This document shows, piece by piece, positions 37,401-48,191 of a stretch of DNA of 64,000 nucleotides (position 1 is the stretch's first letter; each line of letters begins with the position of its first letter). The notes beneath the pieces were generated by a model, which searched no databases, was not told where the DNA came from, and saw only the letters and a list, made by a program, of their open reading frames with translations. Location of the stretch: NCBI GenBank assembly GCA_964036045.1, contig OZ038378.1, positions 25,916,001 through 25,980,000 on the forward strand, in the 5' to 3' direction. The stretch is from Eutreptiella sp. 'Long Island Sound 2002' (taxonomy: Eukaryota > Protista > Euglenida). The translations under genes and the position numbers were made by a program.

Positions 37401-39726
37401 CCTGTGATCTGCAGCCACTCCTCCAGCGTGGGGACCGTCCCCTGCAGTGAGGCCGCGCCCAGGTCCACCGCCTGGGTGTCATCCGCATAGCGTGACGACC
37501 CCAGCGCGGCGTAGCCGGGGCCTGCATCCTTGAGGGGGAGAGGGGCCCTAGGTTCCAGGTCCTCCGCCGCGTCCTCATCCAGAACGGGGGGGTGGGCGGC
37601 CGTCCGCGCGCACACCTCCCGGCGAAGGGAGTCCACCTCCCATTTCCAGATCGTGGTGAGCAGGTTCACCAAGATCACCGACAGGGGGCACCCCTGGAGG
37701 GTGCCGTTGGTGGCTTGCCACCACAGGCCGAGGGCCCCGGCGATCTTGAAGGCCCGGCGGAGCTGCTTGTACATGGCCCCGAGGGCACGGCACGTGCCCA
37801 GGTCCATGCCTAGCTCCAACGCCAGGGCCAACACGACCGCCTGGGGGATGAGATCAAAACATTTGACGTAGTCGATACTCATCCCCGCGATGGCCCATCC
37901 ATGGAGGCGACACAGCTCCAAGAGGACCTGCGTCACCGCCGCCCCATCCAGGGCACTCCTGGCGGGCGGAAGCCAAAGGCCGCCGGGTGGGCCCAGGACT
38001 CTTGCCACGCAATGGCATCCGCCATAGCACACTCGCTCATAGCCGGTAGACCATGGACAGGTCCGTGAGGGGGCGGGTGTTCAGGGGCCTCGGCGGGCCC
38101 TCCTTGGGGATGAGGGCTAGATAGCCCTCAGCCAGGCGGGCCGGCCATTTGCCCAGGCGCTCCACCTCCCGCAGGAGCTCCGCCAGCCAGCCCAGCAACT
38201 TGTCGGGAAGGGAGCGGAGGTCGGCCAGACTGCATCCGTCCAGCCCCAGAGCCGAGGGCTTCATGCGGGAGAGCCCCTTGCGCAGGCGGAGGCCGTCCAA
38301 CCGTGAGGCAATCATGGGGACCCGTCGGACATGGTGCCCATATCGGCGGAGGAAGGCCGTGGGATCCGGCTCGGGGTCCATCACATACTTGCGGTGTGTC
38401 AGGCGTCAGGCGTCTTGCAAGAGGCCATCCATCTCTGCCAGATTGGCCGTGGCAGTGCCATCCGGCCTGGAGAGGAAGGTAACCGGCGGGGCGTAGGACT
38501 CATCCTTTAGCCACCGGTACACTGCCCCCTGGTTGGAGGTCCAGGCCTCCTCCACCCATGAGCGCCACTCGTGGAGGCGGCCCTGGTCCTCTGCCCGTAG
38601 CGTGGCCCGGACCTTACCTGCCAGCGTCGTGCGGAGGCGGCGGAGTAACCCCAACGGTGCCAGCCGGTCGTGCGAGCCATCCGGCACCAGGCCAGCATAC
38701 TCCGGGCCCAGCGCTCGGGGCCTCCTGAGGCGACGCCGGAGCGCCGTCCACGCCTGCTGTACCATGCTCGGTATCGCGCCCACGGCACGCGCCGGTCGCT
38801 CCAGCCGGCGGAGGACGTCCCGGAGGGGGCCCTGAGCCGCCTCGATGCGTGCCAGAGGGCAGGTGAGCGGCCCCCCGGTGTCCCGGCACTGCTTGGGGCA
38901 GAGGTGCACCTCTCGGAGGGGCTGGTAGGTCCCCGTGCCGTGGGGAAGGTGTGGGGGGGCTAGCGGCAGCATGGCCCGGGCCGGGAGGGAGTCCGGCGTG
39001 ATGTCCGGGCAGGCCAGGGCAAGGAGGGTTTCTTCCGCGGCCGTGGTCCGTAAAGCCTAGGCCCCGTCCACATCCCCGGTGGATGGGGCCGCTTGCCGGC
39101 TGGCCTCCAAGGGGTCCAGGAGGCGCTACGTAAGGAGGAGCCGCTCATGTTCCTCCCGCGGGGCCAGCGCGACAGGCTTGGGGCTGACAAACTTCACCAC
39201 CCGCTGAGACGAGCCCTTTAGGTGCAGGTCAAAACGTACCGGGGCATGGCCAGGGATGGCCCCGCACGGCAGCCGCACCGCCACGACAAGCAGCCCGTCT
39301 ATGCGCGAGGGGCGCGTGCCCTCCGGGCCTTGGTACGAGCAGAGAGGGTCCCGCCGGAAGGCGGATGCCAGCTCAAGGTCCGCGTCCATCAGCCGGCGGG
39401 TCAGGAGGGACGCCAACTCGCGGCGGAGGGTGTTGATCACACCCTCCAGGGACGCAATCTGGCGCTGGAGCGAGGCGATCATCGCCTGCTCCGCGGTGGG
39501 GGGTTCGCCATGAGGCAACGGATACTGGGCTCGCATACGCCCCCGTGTCACAGGCGCATGGCCATCAATGGGGAGGTGGGGGGGGGGGGGGGGCAGTTGG
39601 GCGGATCCACCGCCCCCTTTGCGCCCCTTGGAACGGGAGGGGCTGCGTGCCGCCCCCTAGTCGATGGTCGCGGGCGGTGCGCCCGCAAGGAAGGGAGCCA
39701 GCGCCGCGCCTATGGCCATAAGCACC
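34491..39726 (-). mobile_element. Degraded APE-type non-LTR retrotransposon (LINE family B), copy 1, internally deleted in ORF1/endonuclease
   Basis: Endonuclease end TRPSRIDGLL..GHAPV (39126..39551). RT: ALGLDG, LALIPK..RPLT (38037..38384); SIDYVKCFD, QGCPLS, RYADD (37352..38032). CPHCG..EDEVHVLWDC (35999..36901). Long Pro/Arg-rich C-terminal extension to 34864. Several stops and frameshifts. Confidence 0.9.
39641..39726 (-). ncRNA. Candidate HDV-like self-cleaving ribozyme at the LINE 5' end
   Basis: Sense sequence GGTGCT-tatggccata..-GGCT(C)-CCT-TCCTTGC-GGG-CGCACC-G-CCC..GGGGGCGG-C-acgc-AGCC fits the P1/P2/P3/L3/P4 order. L3 UCCUUGC resembles HDV UCCUCGC. One P1 mismatch and an atypical J4/2. 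Folded by eye only. Confidence 0.55.
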
Positions 39727-39774
39727 GCGGGGTGCTGTAGGACGGCAACCAGCTGGGTGGCCCATGCAATTTTC

Positions 39775-39894
39775 TAGCCTCTGCAGCTGAAAAATGGAAA
39801 TTTCCGAAACTGACTTTTTTTTTACCTTCTATCCATCCACAATGATCAAATATCCTATGTAAAGCATGTTTCAAACCCTATTCATGTGTTTTTT
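39775..39894 (-). repeat. Inverted copy of the target satellite unit
   Basis: Reverse complement aaaacacatgaatagggtttgaaacatgctttacataggatatttgatc matches 41004-41060. Confidence 0.85.
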
Positions 39895-40118
39895 AGGCCT
39901 CTTGTTGTGAACCTGCACGTGGTGAGGCTGCCTAGCTACGCTACAATTTTCCTTTGACGCCTCCGCGTCTTCCCTTTCTTTCGCCCTCGCGCCCTGGGCA
40001 CGATGGGTGACCAAGCGGGGGTTGAGCAGGTCGTGCCCCAGCCCCCTTGGGGACCCCCCCCCCCCCCCCCGCCCGCAAAAAAAACACTCAAATAGGATGA
40101 AAAACACATAAATAGGGT

Positions 40119-41003
40119 ATTGCGCTTTTACAGTCCATAGGCCTATGTACAGAGGTCGAGTGGCTGGGGGGAAGGGCCGATCTCTGAGTTCAGCGCCCCT
40201 CCCCCCCGGGCAAATGCCCCCCGCCTATAATGAACGGCGGAACAGAGGGACGCGCCGGTCAAGACTATGTCTCTTCTGAACTCGCCCTCCCGTGCGCCAA
40301 GTTAGGCAGGACAAGCGCTCCCCCCACCACGGTTGGGCCCAAGCCAGCAGGTGCTGGCGCCGGAGGCTCGGCAGGCGGGGGCGAGCGCGCTCTCAGCGTG
40401 GTTGGGGCGGGCCAGGCCAGCGTCCGCAGCGCTACCGGCACCGGACAGGCCCCCGCAGCGGCCCCAAGGGTCGGGGGCGCGGCGATTGACCCGACCGCCA
40501 TCCTCCCGAGACTGCGACGTGGTGCCCGCGTCACGACGTGCACGCAGAGTGAGCCCGCCGCGCCCGGCGGCAATAGATGCCCCCTGTGCCTGGGAGCAGC
40601 CCCAGGGCTGCGAGATGTTTTTGGCAGCGTTTCTGCTGCACTGTTGGCACAGGGAGGCAGTCAGCCCCGCCCCCATCGCAATCCGCCCCCCTCCCCCACC
40701 ACGGGGCAAGTAGGGCGGGTAGGGCAAGCAGGTGTGGGTGCACAAGCGTTGCAGAGCACGGCACACAATGCACAGTAGGCGGCACAGGGCATGGCGTAGG
40801 CAGCACAACGCATAGCGGCACGGCGCATGGCACAAGGACCAGCGCACAAGGCGCACCGGCGCCCGGACGCACAAACAGCACAATGCAGGGCGCACGGAGC
40901 ATAGGACACAACACACAGTGCGCAGCAGTGCACGGCCCGCCGTGCACGGCACCAGCAGGCATAGGGCACAGCACAGTGCACGGCATGGAACAACACACAG
41001 TGC
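40119..41003 (-). mobile_element. LINE family B, copy 2: short 5'-inverted (twin-priming-type) insertion with 18-bp TSD
   Basis: 40119-40307 is the family 3' end on (-). 40308-41003 matches 41582-42293 in the opposite orientation. TSD aaaacacat(a/g)aatagggt at 40101-40118 and 41004-41021. Confidence 0.8.
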
Positions 41004-41221
41004 AAAACACATGAATAGGGTCTAAAACATGCTTTACATAGGATATTTGATCGTCGTGGATGCTTAGAATGGAAAAAAAAATCAGTTTTCAGAAATTTCC
41101 ATTTTTGAGCTGCCGAGGCTGGCTGGAAAACTGCATGAGCAGGTTGTGCCCCAACCCCCTTGGGAACGCCCCCCCCCCCAAAAAAACCCCAAATAGGGTG
41201 AAAACCGCACAAGGAAAAGGG
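41004..41221 (+). repeat. One complete target satellite unit between two LINE insertions
   Basis: Runs from aaaacacatgaatagggt to the next aaaaccgcacaaggaaaaggg, ~200 bp. Confidence 0.8.
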
Positions 41222-43739
41222 TCTTGCGCTTTTACAGTCCATAGGCCTATGTACAGAGGTCGAGGGGCTCGGGAGAAGGGCCGATCTTCCAGTTCAGCAC
41301 CCCTCCCCGCGGGCAGTTGCCCCCCGCCCGTAGCGAACGGAAGAACAAAGGGGCGAGCCGGTCAACACTATGTCTCTTCCGAACTCGCCCTTCCGTGCGC
41401 CAAGTCAGGCGTGGACGTTCCCCCAAGGGGTGCCGGCGCTGCGGCATCAGTCGCCCCAGGGGGGCGATTTGTCACGGGGGGGCCGCCGTGCCGGCGGCCC
41501 CATTGAAAATAGCGTGGCCTAGCGGCCTAACTGCAGGGGCATCGGTCGGCCTGGGCCTGGTGCACTGCGCACCGTGCACAATGCACAGTGTGCTGTTCCC
41601 TGCCGTGCACTGTGTGCTATGTGCTGTGCTTGTTGGTGTTGTACACGGTGGGCCGCGGACCGCCGCGCACTGTGCACTGTGTCCTATGCCCCGTGTTCTG
41701 TGCACTGTGCCGTCCGTGCACCTTGGCGTTGTGGCGCCCTATGCATTGTTCCCCTGTGCCGCACCCTGTGCGGCTGCTGTGTGCTGGCTGCCTGGGCTGT
41801 GCACTGTGCTCACTGATGTGCACTGTGTGCCCTGCTGTGCAGCTCCTTTGCATCCACACCTGTTTGCTTTACCCGCCCTGCTTGCCCTGTGGTAGGGGGG
41901 GGGGCGAATCGCGATGGGGGTGTGGGGTGACCGCCTCCCTCGGCCGACAGTGCAGCAGGAAACGCTGCCAAATACGTCCTACAGCCTTGGGGCGGCTCCC
42001 AGTCATGGGGGGGGGGGGGGATGTGTTGCCGCCGGGAGTGGCGGGCTCACTACAAGTGCGCGTCGTGATGCGGGCACTATGTCGCAGTCTGGGGAGGGCA
42101 GCGACCGGGTCAATCGCCACGGCCCCGGCCCTCGGGGCCGCTGCAGTGGTCTGTCCGACGCCGGCAACAACGCGGAGGCCGGCCTGGCCCGCCCCAACCA
42201 GGATGAGAGCGCGCTCGCTCCCGCCTGTGGGGCCTCCGGCGCCAGCAGCTGCCGGCCCCGGGCCCTGCCGCGGTGGGGGGGGCACCTGTCCCGGCGACCT
42301 GTGCCCCTCATGCCCCGTGCGGCAGCATCGGCCGAGTCCCCAGCCCAGCTGCAGGCAGCGGCGGCACAATGGCGAGGGGGGCGTGGAAAATAGGCCATGA
42401 GGAAGCGTGCTGCTCCCCCTAGCCGTATGCGCACCGGCGCGCGCAGCCGGTGCAGCCACACATCCCGCAGGTGCAAGGCGAGCCTACAGGTGCAGCACCA
42501 TGTACGCTCGAGCCGCGAAGAGCGGCCGCGCCCGCAGCCTTGTGGCCCTGGAGTGTGAGATGTTCCTGGGCTGGGCCCTGCCAACGTCTCCGCACCATCA
42601 GTTGCCGGGGACACAACTCCCGCTAGGCGAGCGGGCACAAGTCCTGCGGCAAGCGTCGCGGCTGCTGCAGCGCCACATGGCAGCTGGACAGCTCCTGTGT
42701 GAGGCGCCCAGTGACCGCTGCCGGGCGCTTGTTCCGCTCGGTGGCAGTTCTGCCCAGGTGACGTCCCCTGCGCCGTCCTGCCAACACAAGGCCGCTACCC
42801 ATCGAACCAAGTCCTAGGCGAACGCCGGCTCCCACGGCCATCTCGGCGGGACGCCTGGGCGGAGTCGCATTGCCGGCACCGCCGGCAGTCGCGGCAGGGG
42901 ACCGCACCACCCCTTGCCTCCCGGCGCCCGGCGCCGCGGAAAAAGGGCCTCCCCTTGCCCCAGCTCCCCTGAGCGGGTACAGGCATACCTGGCTGTCAGC
43001 CACGCGAGGTACATCCCACATAGCTTGTACACGAACTCGTCCACCTACTCCCGGTTCGCCCCAGCCAACAGGGCTAGGCACGCGCGTCGCAAGCACGCCG
43101 GCCAGCGTGTCGGGGGGGGCAGCTGCAGCTGCTCCGCCGCTCACAGGACCAAGGCGCGCTAGCTGGCTCTGGTTGCCTCCCAATCCCAAAGCACATGCGT
43201 CTCATCTTCATGTTGCGAGCCGCAGCAGAGGCAGCTTGACGTGGCTTGCATGATGTGCCCACGCACGCAGGCCGCCGTCCACAGCGCCCTTGCTAGCAAC
43301 CCCCACAAGAGAGAGGCCTCCAGCTTTGTGGACGCCACGCGGAGCACCGCGCGGCAGGCCCCCCACATCAACCCCGTCCTCAAGTCTGCACAGGTCGCTG
43401 GGCAGCGCGTCTCCAATCCGCGCATGGCATGACGGCGCAGGCTATCCCGCACCATGTGCTGGATTTGCCACATGGGCTCTTGCACCAGGTGCAGCGGCTC
43501 CGTTTGGCCCGGCACTGCCCAGGTCCACCAACCCTCTAGTGGCTGCCAGCCCAACAGGCTGACCACATGCAGGGCACGCCAGAAGGGGCCCGCCGTTAGT
43601 GGCCGGCGGCCGCTCTCCCAGATGGCCTGCACAAGGACTTGCACCGTTCCTGGGGTGCGTGCAATGGGGGCCATCCAGAGTACCAGCTCGTAGCGGGTGT
43701 GCATCACCGAGGAGATGTGGTGGCCTGGTGCCAAGACGA
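41222..43739 (-). mobile_element. LINE family B, copy 3: 5'-truncated, with degenerate ~21-bp TSD
   Basis: 43159..43887 HISSVMHTRYE..IWESGRRP..CLCCGSQHEDETHVLWD is homologous to 35999-37050. 3' end gcgcttttacagtccataggcctatgtacagagg. Flanks tgaaaaccgcacaaggaaaaggg (41198) / tgaaaaccacacaaagaaggg (43740). Confidence 0.85.
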
Positions 43740-43904
43740 TGAAAACCACACAAAGAAGGGCCAAAACGTGGTTTACATAGGATATTTCATCGTTGCGAAT
43801 GGTCAGAACATCAATTCTTTTCGCAAAATTTCCATTTTTGACCTGTAGAGGATGGAAAAGTGCTTCCGCAGTTTGTGCGCACACCAAATGCCAGTGAAAC
43901 GCCT

Positions 43905-44755
43905 ACAAACAGCCATTTTGAAGCTTTTGGGGGCGCCACGGCTCGGGCTAGATGTGCCCAGCGGCCACTATGTGGGTCCCCATGGGTGCTCAAGTACCCG
44001 TATTGTCACCAAATGATGACCCAACCCGATCTCAGGAGCAATAGAAGGGTTCACGAAAATATCCAATTTTGGAAAATTTTCGAGTGTCATTAACCAACCT
44101 ATGCAAAATTAATTTTGGGGCTTTTGGGTGGCCCATGGCTCGGGCTACAGATACCTAGCGGCCACTACGTGCGTCCCCATGGGTGCTCAAGTACCCGTAT
44201 TGCCACCACATGATCACCCAAACCCATCCTAGGGGCATCAAAAGAGCTTTCATAAAGATCGAAATTTGTGAATCTTTTAAGTGTCACTAAACAGCATACG
44301 CAACAACAATTTTGGGGCTTTTGGGTGGCCCAAGGCTCGGGCTACAGAAACCTAGCGGCCACTACATGGGTCCCCATGGGTGCTCAGATACCCGTATTGT
44401 CACCAAATGACCACCCAAACCCATCCTAGGGGCATCAAAAGGGTTCCGGAAAAAGGCGAAATTTGAAATCTTTTCAATTGTCCCTAAATAGCCTACGCGA
44501 CAACAATTTTGGGGCTTTCGGGTGGTCCATGGCACAGGCTACAGAAGTCTAGCGGCCACTACATGGGTCCCCATGGGTACTCAAGTACCAGTATTGTCAC
44601 CAAATGATGACCCAACCCAATCGTAGGGGCAACGAAAGGGTCTTGGAAAAATTAAATGTTGAAATCTTTTCAACTGTCACTAAACAGCCGACGCAACAAC
44701 AATCTGGGGCTTTTGGGTGGCCCATGGCTCCAGCTACAGAAGCCTAGCGACCACT
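43905..44755. repeat. 197-bp satellite, ~4.3 units
   Basis: gcg(g/a)ccact recurs at 43961, 44158, 44355, 44552 and 44747 (spacing 197, 197, 197, 195). Confidence 0.95.
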
Positions 44756-46000
44756 GCCTGTGCAGCCAAGTACACGCGCGCAGCGATTCCACGTGTGCAC
44801 CCACCACTTGTGAACCAGTTACCAAGACCAGAAAACCGCCGACCGAAACACCTCGCCGGTCGCATGGCGCAACACAACCCCCACAACTCTGCACTCTGCT
44901 GAGTGTGCCGGTTGGGGGGGATGACGACGGAACGCAGTTCATGTGCACCATGTAAAAACAACCCAGCCCAATACCGAAAAACATCCAATGCAGCGTCTAC
45001 AAACATTGTAGCGAAGGCATGGCGGTGCAGGTTCACCGGCCGCCCCATAGCACGAGTCACGGCCCACCTTAGCGCATCAGGTGGAGTCCACACTTCCATA
45101 GCAAAAACAATCGCTGTGGCCAACACATGCAGCACTTTTAGGGGCACCGGCTATCCCACGATCCCCCACCGCTGCCAGCAGTACAACCCGGCCGAAAACA
45201 GGCCAATGCCCCTTCGGGGCCGCACATGCCACTGAATAAACCTAACATTTTATTTAAGTGGAGAGGGTGGGGATGGGCCGCCGTCGCCAAACGCAGCCAT
45301 TGTGCAATACATTTGCAAAAACGCACGCGGGTGTGACCAAATGTGTTTCGCCTGGGTATCAATGTGCTTGCCCAAGAGCAAGATGCGCGTCGTCGGATGC
45401 AGAACCGACTTGGGGGACACCAAGAAACCAGCCGCATGTAACGCCTCCACCACCCGGCGGGGGACTTCCTTGAGCTCCCTAGGGCACCCACCCAACAAGA
45501 GAAAATCATCCTAATAGTGAAAAATGATCATATGCAGTGGAACGATCCGCGCGATTACCTTTTGCAGGGCCAGCTGACACAACAACGGGGAAAATTTCCA
45601 GCGAAATGGCATGCGGCACATGCGGTACATGACCCCCCCCCTGGCCGAAAGCCAAACCCAAACGCCCGTGCCAAACGACCAGAAGGCGGTTTTGAAATCT
45701 ATGTGCGTGCAATAAAGGGGCTCATGTTGAGGCCATGCACTCTGGCGATCAGCCATGTCCTTCCAAATAAACAAAGAAAAACGGGCCGGGCAGGGCATGG
45801 TGTCGTTGAAGTCCACCAAGTGGAAAATCACCGATACTTTCTATGACGATTTTGGAATAATGAAGGGCCAGCACGTGGCGGGTCAACCGGGGCCCTCTAC
45901 TACCCTCTCAACAACACCACCATCCTCAAGGGGCAACATGGGCTCCACCAGCAGGTCCGTTTCTTGCTTGTGAAGGACCGCCGGCGGCGGGGAGATCTCG
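44734..46000 (-). pseudogene. DIRS-like retroelement reverse transcriptase + RNase H remnant
   Basis: WPFIIPKSS*KVSVIFHLVDFN; HIDFKTAFWS; RMPFRWKFSP; IIFHY*DDFLL; GFLVSPKS..LLLGK; RNase H-like FVDAALD..QQSAELWGL. Confidence 0.85.
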
Positions 46001-46919
46001 GCAGCAAACTTGCAGGCCAATTGCTCGACATCCACCCCCTCCCCCACAACCTCGTCCCACAATTCATCCTAAATGTGGGAGCTTCCAATGTCCCCCAATC
46101 CCCTAGCCGCCACCGCAGGGTCAGGCGCTTGCAGGAAGGCTTAAGGGGACGTGGAAACATGCATGAGGCCGGCCCACCCTTCTGGTTGCAGCTCCCCGAG
46201 CGCATGCGACGAGCGGGAGGGCGGACGGGAATTGGATACCATGGCAGTACACCCCCGCAGCACAACGCGCCATCTTCCACGGCATTGCAAGCGGGCGGCG
46301 CCACGACCCCCACAGACACCAACGTCGACCGGCATTGCCCACAAACGACGCACAACACAGGCCCAAGAGGCCACGAATTGCCCGGCCTCAGATTCCTACT
46401 ATCCTCCCACCGACCAAAAGGGCACGGCTGAGGGGACACATGACCCGCCCCGTCCGGCAGTGTGCTCAAATACTTGTTCCAAAACAGCCTAGGTGAACTG
46501 CTGAGGCTAGCTGAGTTGCTTGCAGAGAAAGCCTAAGGATTGGGACTATTTCAGAGTCTCGCCCTAGAGACCCACTCCCTTCTCCTTTCATGTCTTTGAC
46601 CTATGGTGGGTTGCGGCAAGCATTGAGCTGTGTGTGTAGGGGCACACCCTAGGCTTTCCGCATTTTGCATCATATCTTATGGGCAAACATCCCCTCGTCA
46701 AGCTCCGGCACACCCGGTCCCGAACGAGGCTGGCTGGAAAGCCCAGCGATCCGGACCCTGTCGGACGCGTCACCTCACCGGCCCCGACCAGACGGCGGAG
46801 CCACAACACATGCAACACCGGGGAACCATCACCGCACCAACACGGGGGAACAACCATCGCCGTAGTAGCCGCCAAGCGCCCTAAAAACCATACCTGTCCA
46901 CAAACACAGGCCGGCCACG

Positions 46920-48191
46920 GTGCAGGCGACCCAGGCGAGCCCACGCCAAGCCCATAGGGAGCCCGAACACCGGCAGCCGCCAGGGACTCCGGGAACGCTT
47001 CGACCCCTACCACGCACCCCGCACCCGAGCAAGCCCAGTCAGCTGCACCCGGCGAACCGCGGTGTGACGACACCGGTGTGGCCCCCTGCCAGCTGCGAGG
47101 CTCAGGACACGGCGGCCATGCCACCAGCTCCCCCTAGGGCGCCGCAAGCGAGGGACGACAGCGCCCTTACCCCGGCAGAGCGCCCAGGAATCTACGATAT
47201 CATCCACAATGTGACCGCCCCTCGAAGGCACTTCCAGCACTTCCACCCCGGCAGGCTCGTCACCACAGCCCCCTTGCCACAAGGCGCCATCCCCATCTAT
47301 GTGCGGCAGATCCAAACACTCTTGAACCCCAGGGAAAGCATGACGGACGACCTCGTAGACACGTGGTTTTGGTGGTTCAACATTCATCAGCCGGCCGAGG
47401 ACAGGATGTGGGTCCCACAGCTCGCCTGCGCACACACCCTCATTGCCCCACCGGCGCCCCGCCGCCCCGCACCATCCCCGGGAGCCACGGCTGCGCCGCA
47501 GCCGAGGGCCGACAACCTCAACATCCCACCGTACACCAACCTGGATTCGTGGGAATGCACCATAGCCCCGGAAAAGGGTCGGAGCCTCAGGGACATGGTG
47601 GACAGATGCGCGCGGGAGGCGGAAGCAACGCACGCAGTGCCCCCCAGCCGCAACACCCCCAACGCGGTCCTTGTGATCATGCTGAAAGCCGGCCACTACT
47701 ACCACGTGAGGGTCACCGCACGACCGGCAGATGGAAGATGGGACCTGGAGGGCATTGACTCCATGATCATCGTGGCCGCACCCCTGCCGGACGGGCCCAC
47801 CCTGATCCCGGGCCAACCTCCCGACCCCCTGACGGCCATCACGTCCGGACAGGCAGCCAACTGTCAAGCGGGACACGCCCTTTACTGCCTCTGGCAGTGG
47901 GCCCGGCGACGATGGCCGGCCACCAGAGCTTGGACTGTGGCGTGGAGGTTGCACCAAGACGGCCTGCAGCACACAGAAGCCACCCCTCCCGGGGGGATGG
48001 AGGATCCCCCCACCACAGCCAACCTGTGCACCATCTTCGCGGTCCACCATGTTAGGACGCTCTCCGGACGGGTGGACCCCACCATTCCCACCGAGACGGA
48101 GGCACGAGCAGCATACGCAGCCCTCGTGTACGAGATGGTCGATGCCCTCCGTAGCGCCCAAATCCGGCCCGGGACCTCCCAGCCACCTTGA
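46920..48191 (+). CDS. Open 423-codon ORF with a divergent Ulp1/C48-like protease signature, probably TE-encoded
   Basis: LLNPRESMTDDLVDTWFWWFN (Ulp1-like helix), AGHYYHV (His), GIDSM (Asp), LQH...NLCTIFA (Gln, Cys), in the expected order. Pro-rich N-terminus; the true start is uncertain. Confidence 0.5.
   Translation: MQATQASPRQAHREPEHRQPPGTPGTLRPLPRTPHPSKPSQLHPANRGVTTPVWPPASCEAQDTAAMPPAPPRAPQARDDSALTPAERPGIYDIIHNVTAPRRHFQHFHPGRLVTTAPLPQGAIPIYVRQIQTLLNPRESMTDDLVDTWFWWFNIHQPAEDRMWVPQLACAHTLIAPPAPRRPAPSPGATAAPQPRADNLNIPPYTNLDSWECTIAPEKGRSLRDMVDRCAREAEATHAVPPSRNTPNAVLVIMLKAGHYYHVRVTARPADGRWDLEGIDSMIIVAAPLPDGPTLIPGQPPDPLTAITSGQAANCQAGHALYCLWQWARRRWPATRAWTVAWRLHQDGLQHTEATPPGGMEDPPTTANLCTIFAVHHVRTLSGRVDPTIPTETEARAAYAALVYEMVDALRSAQIRPGTSQPP

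Noticed and set aside
40302-41012. Cys-rich ORFs (also 41588..42400) as metallothionein- or keratin-like genes
   Set aside because: They are translations of the tgcac/gtgc-rich low-complexity LINE 3' UTR.
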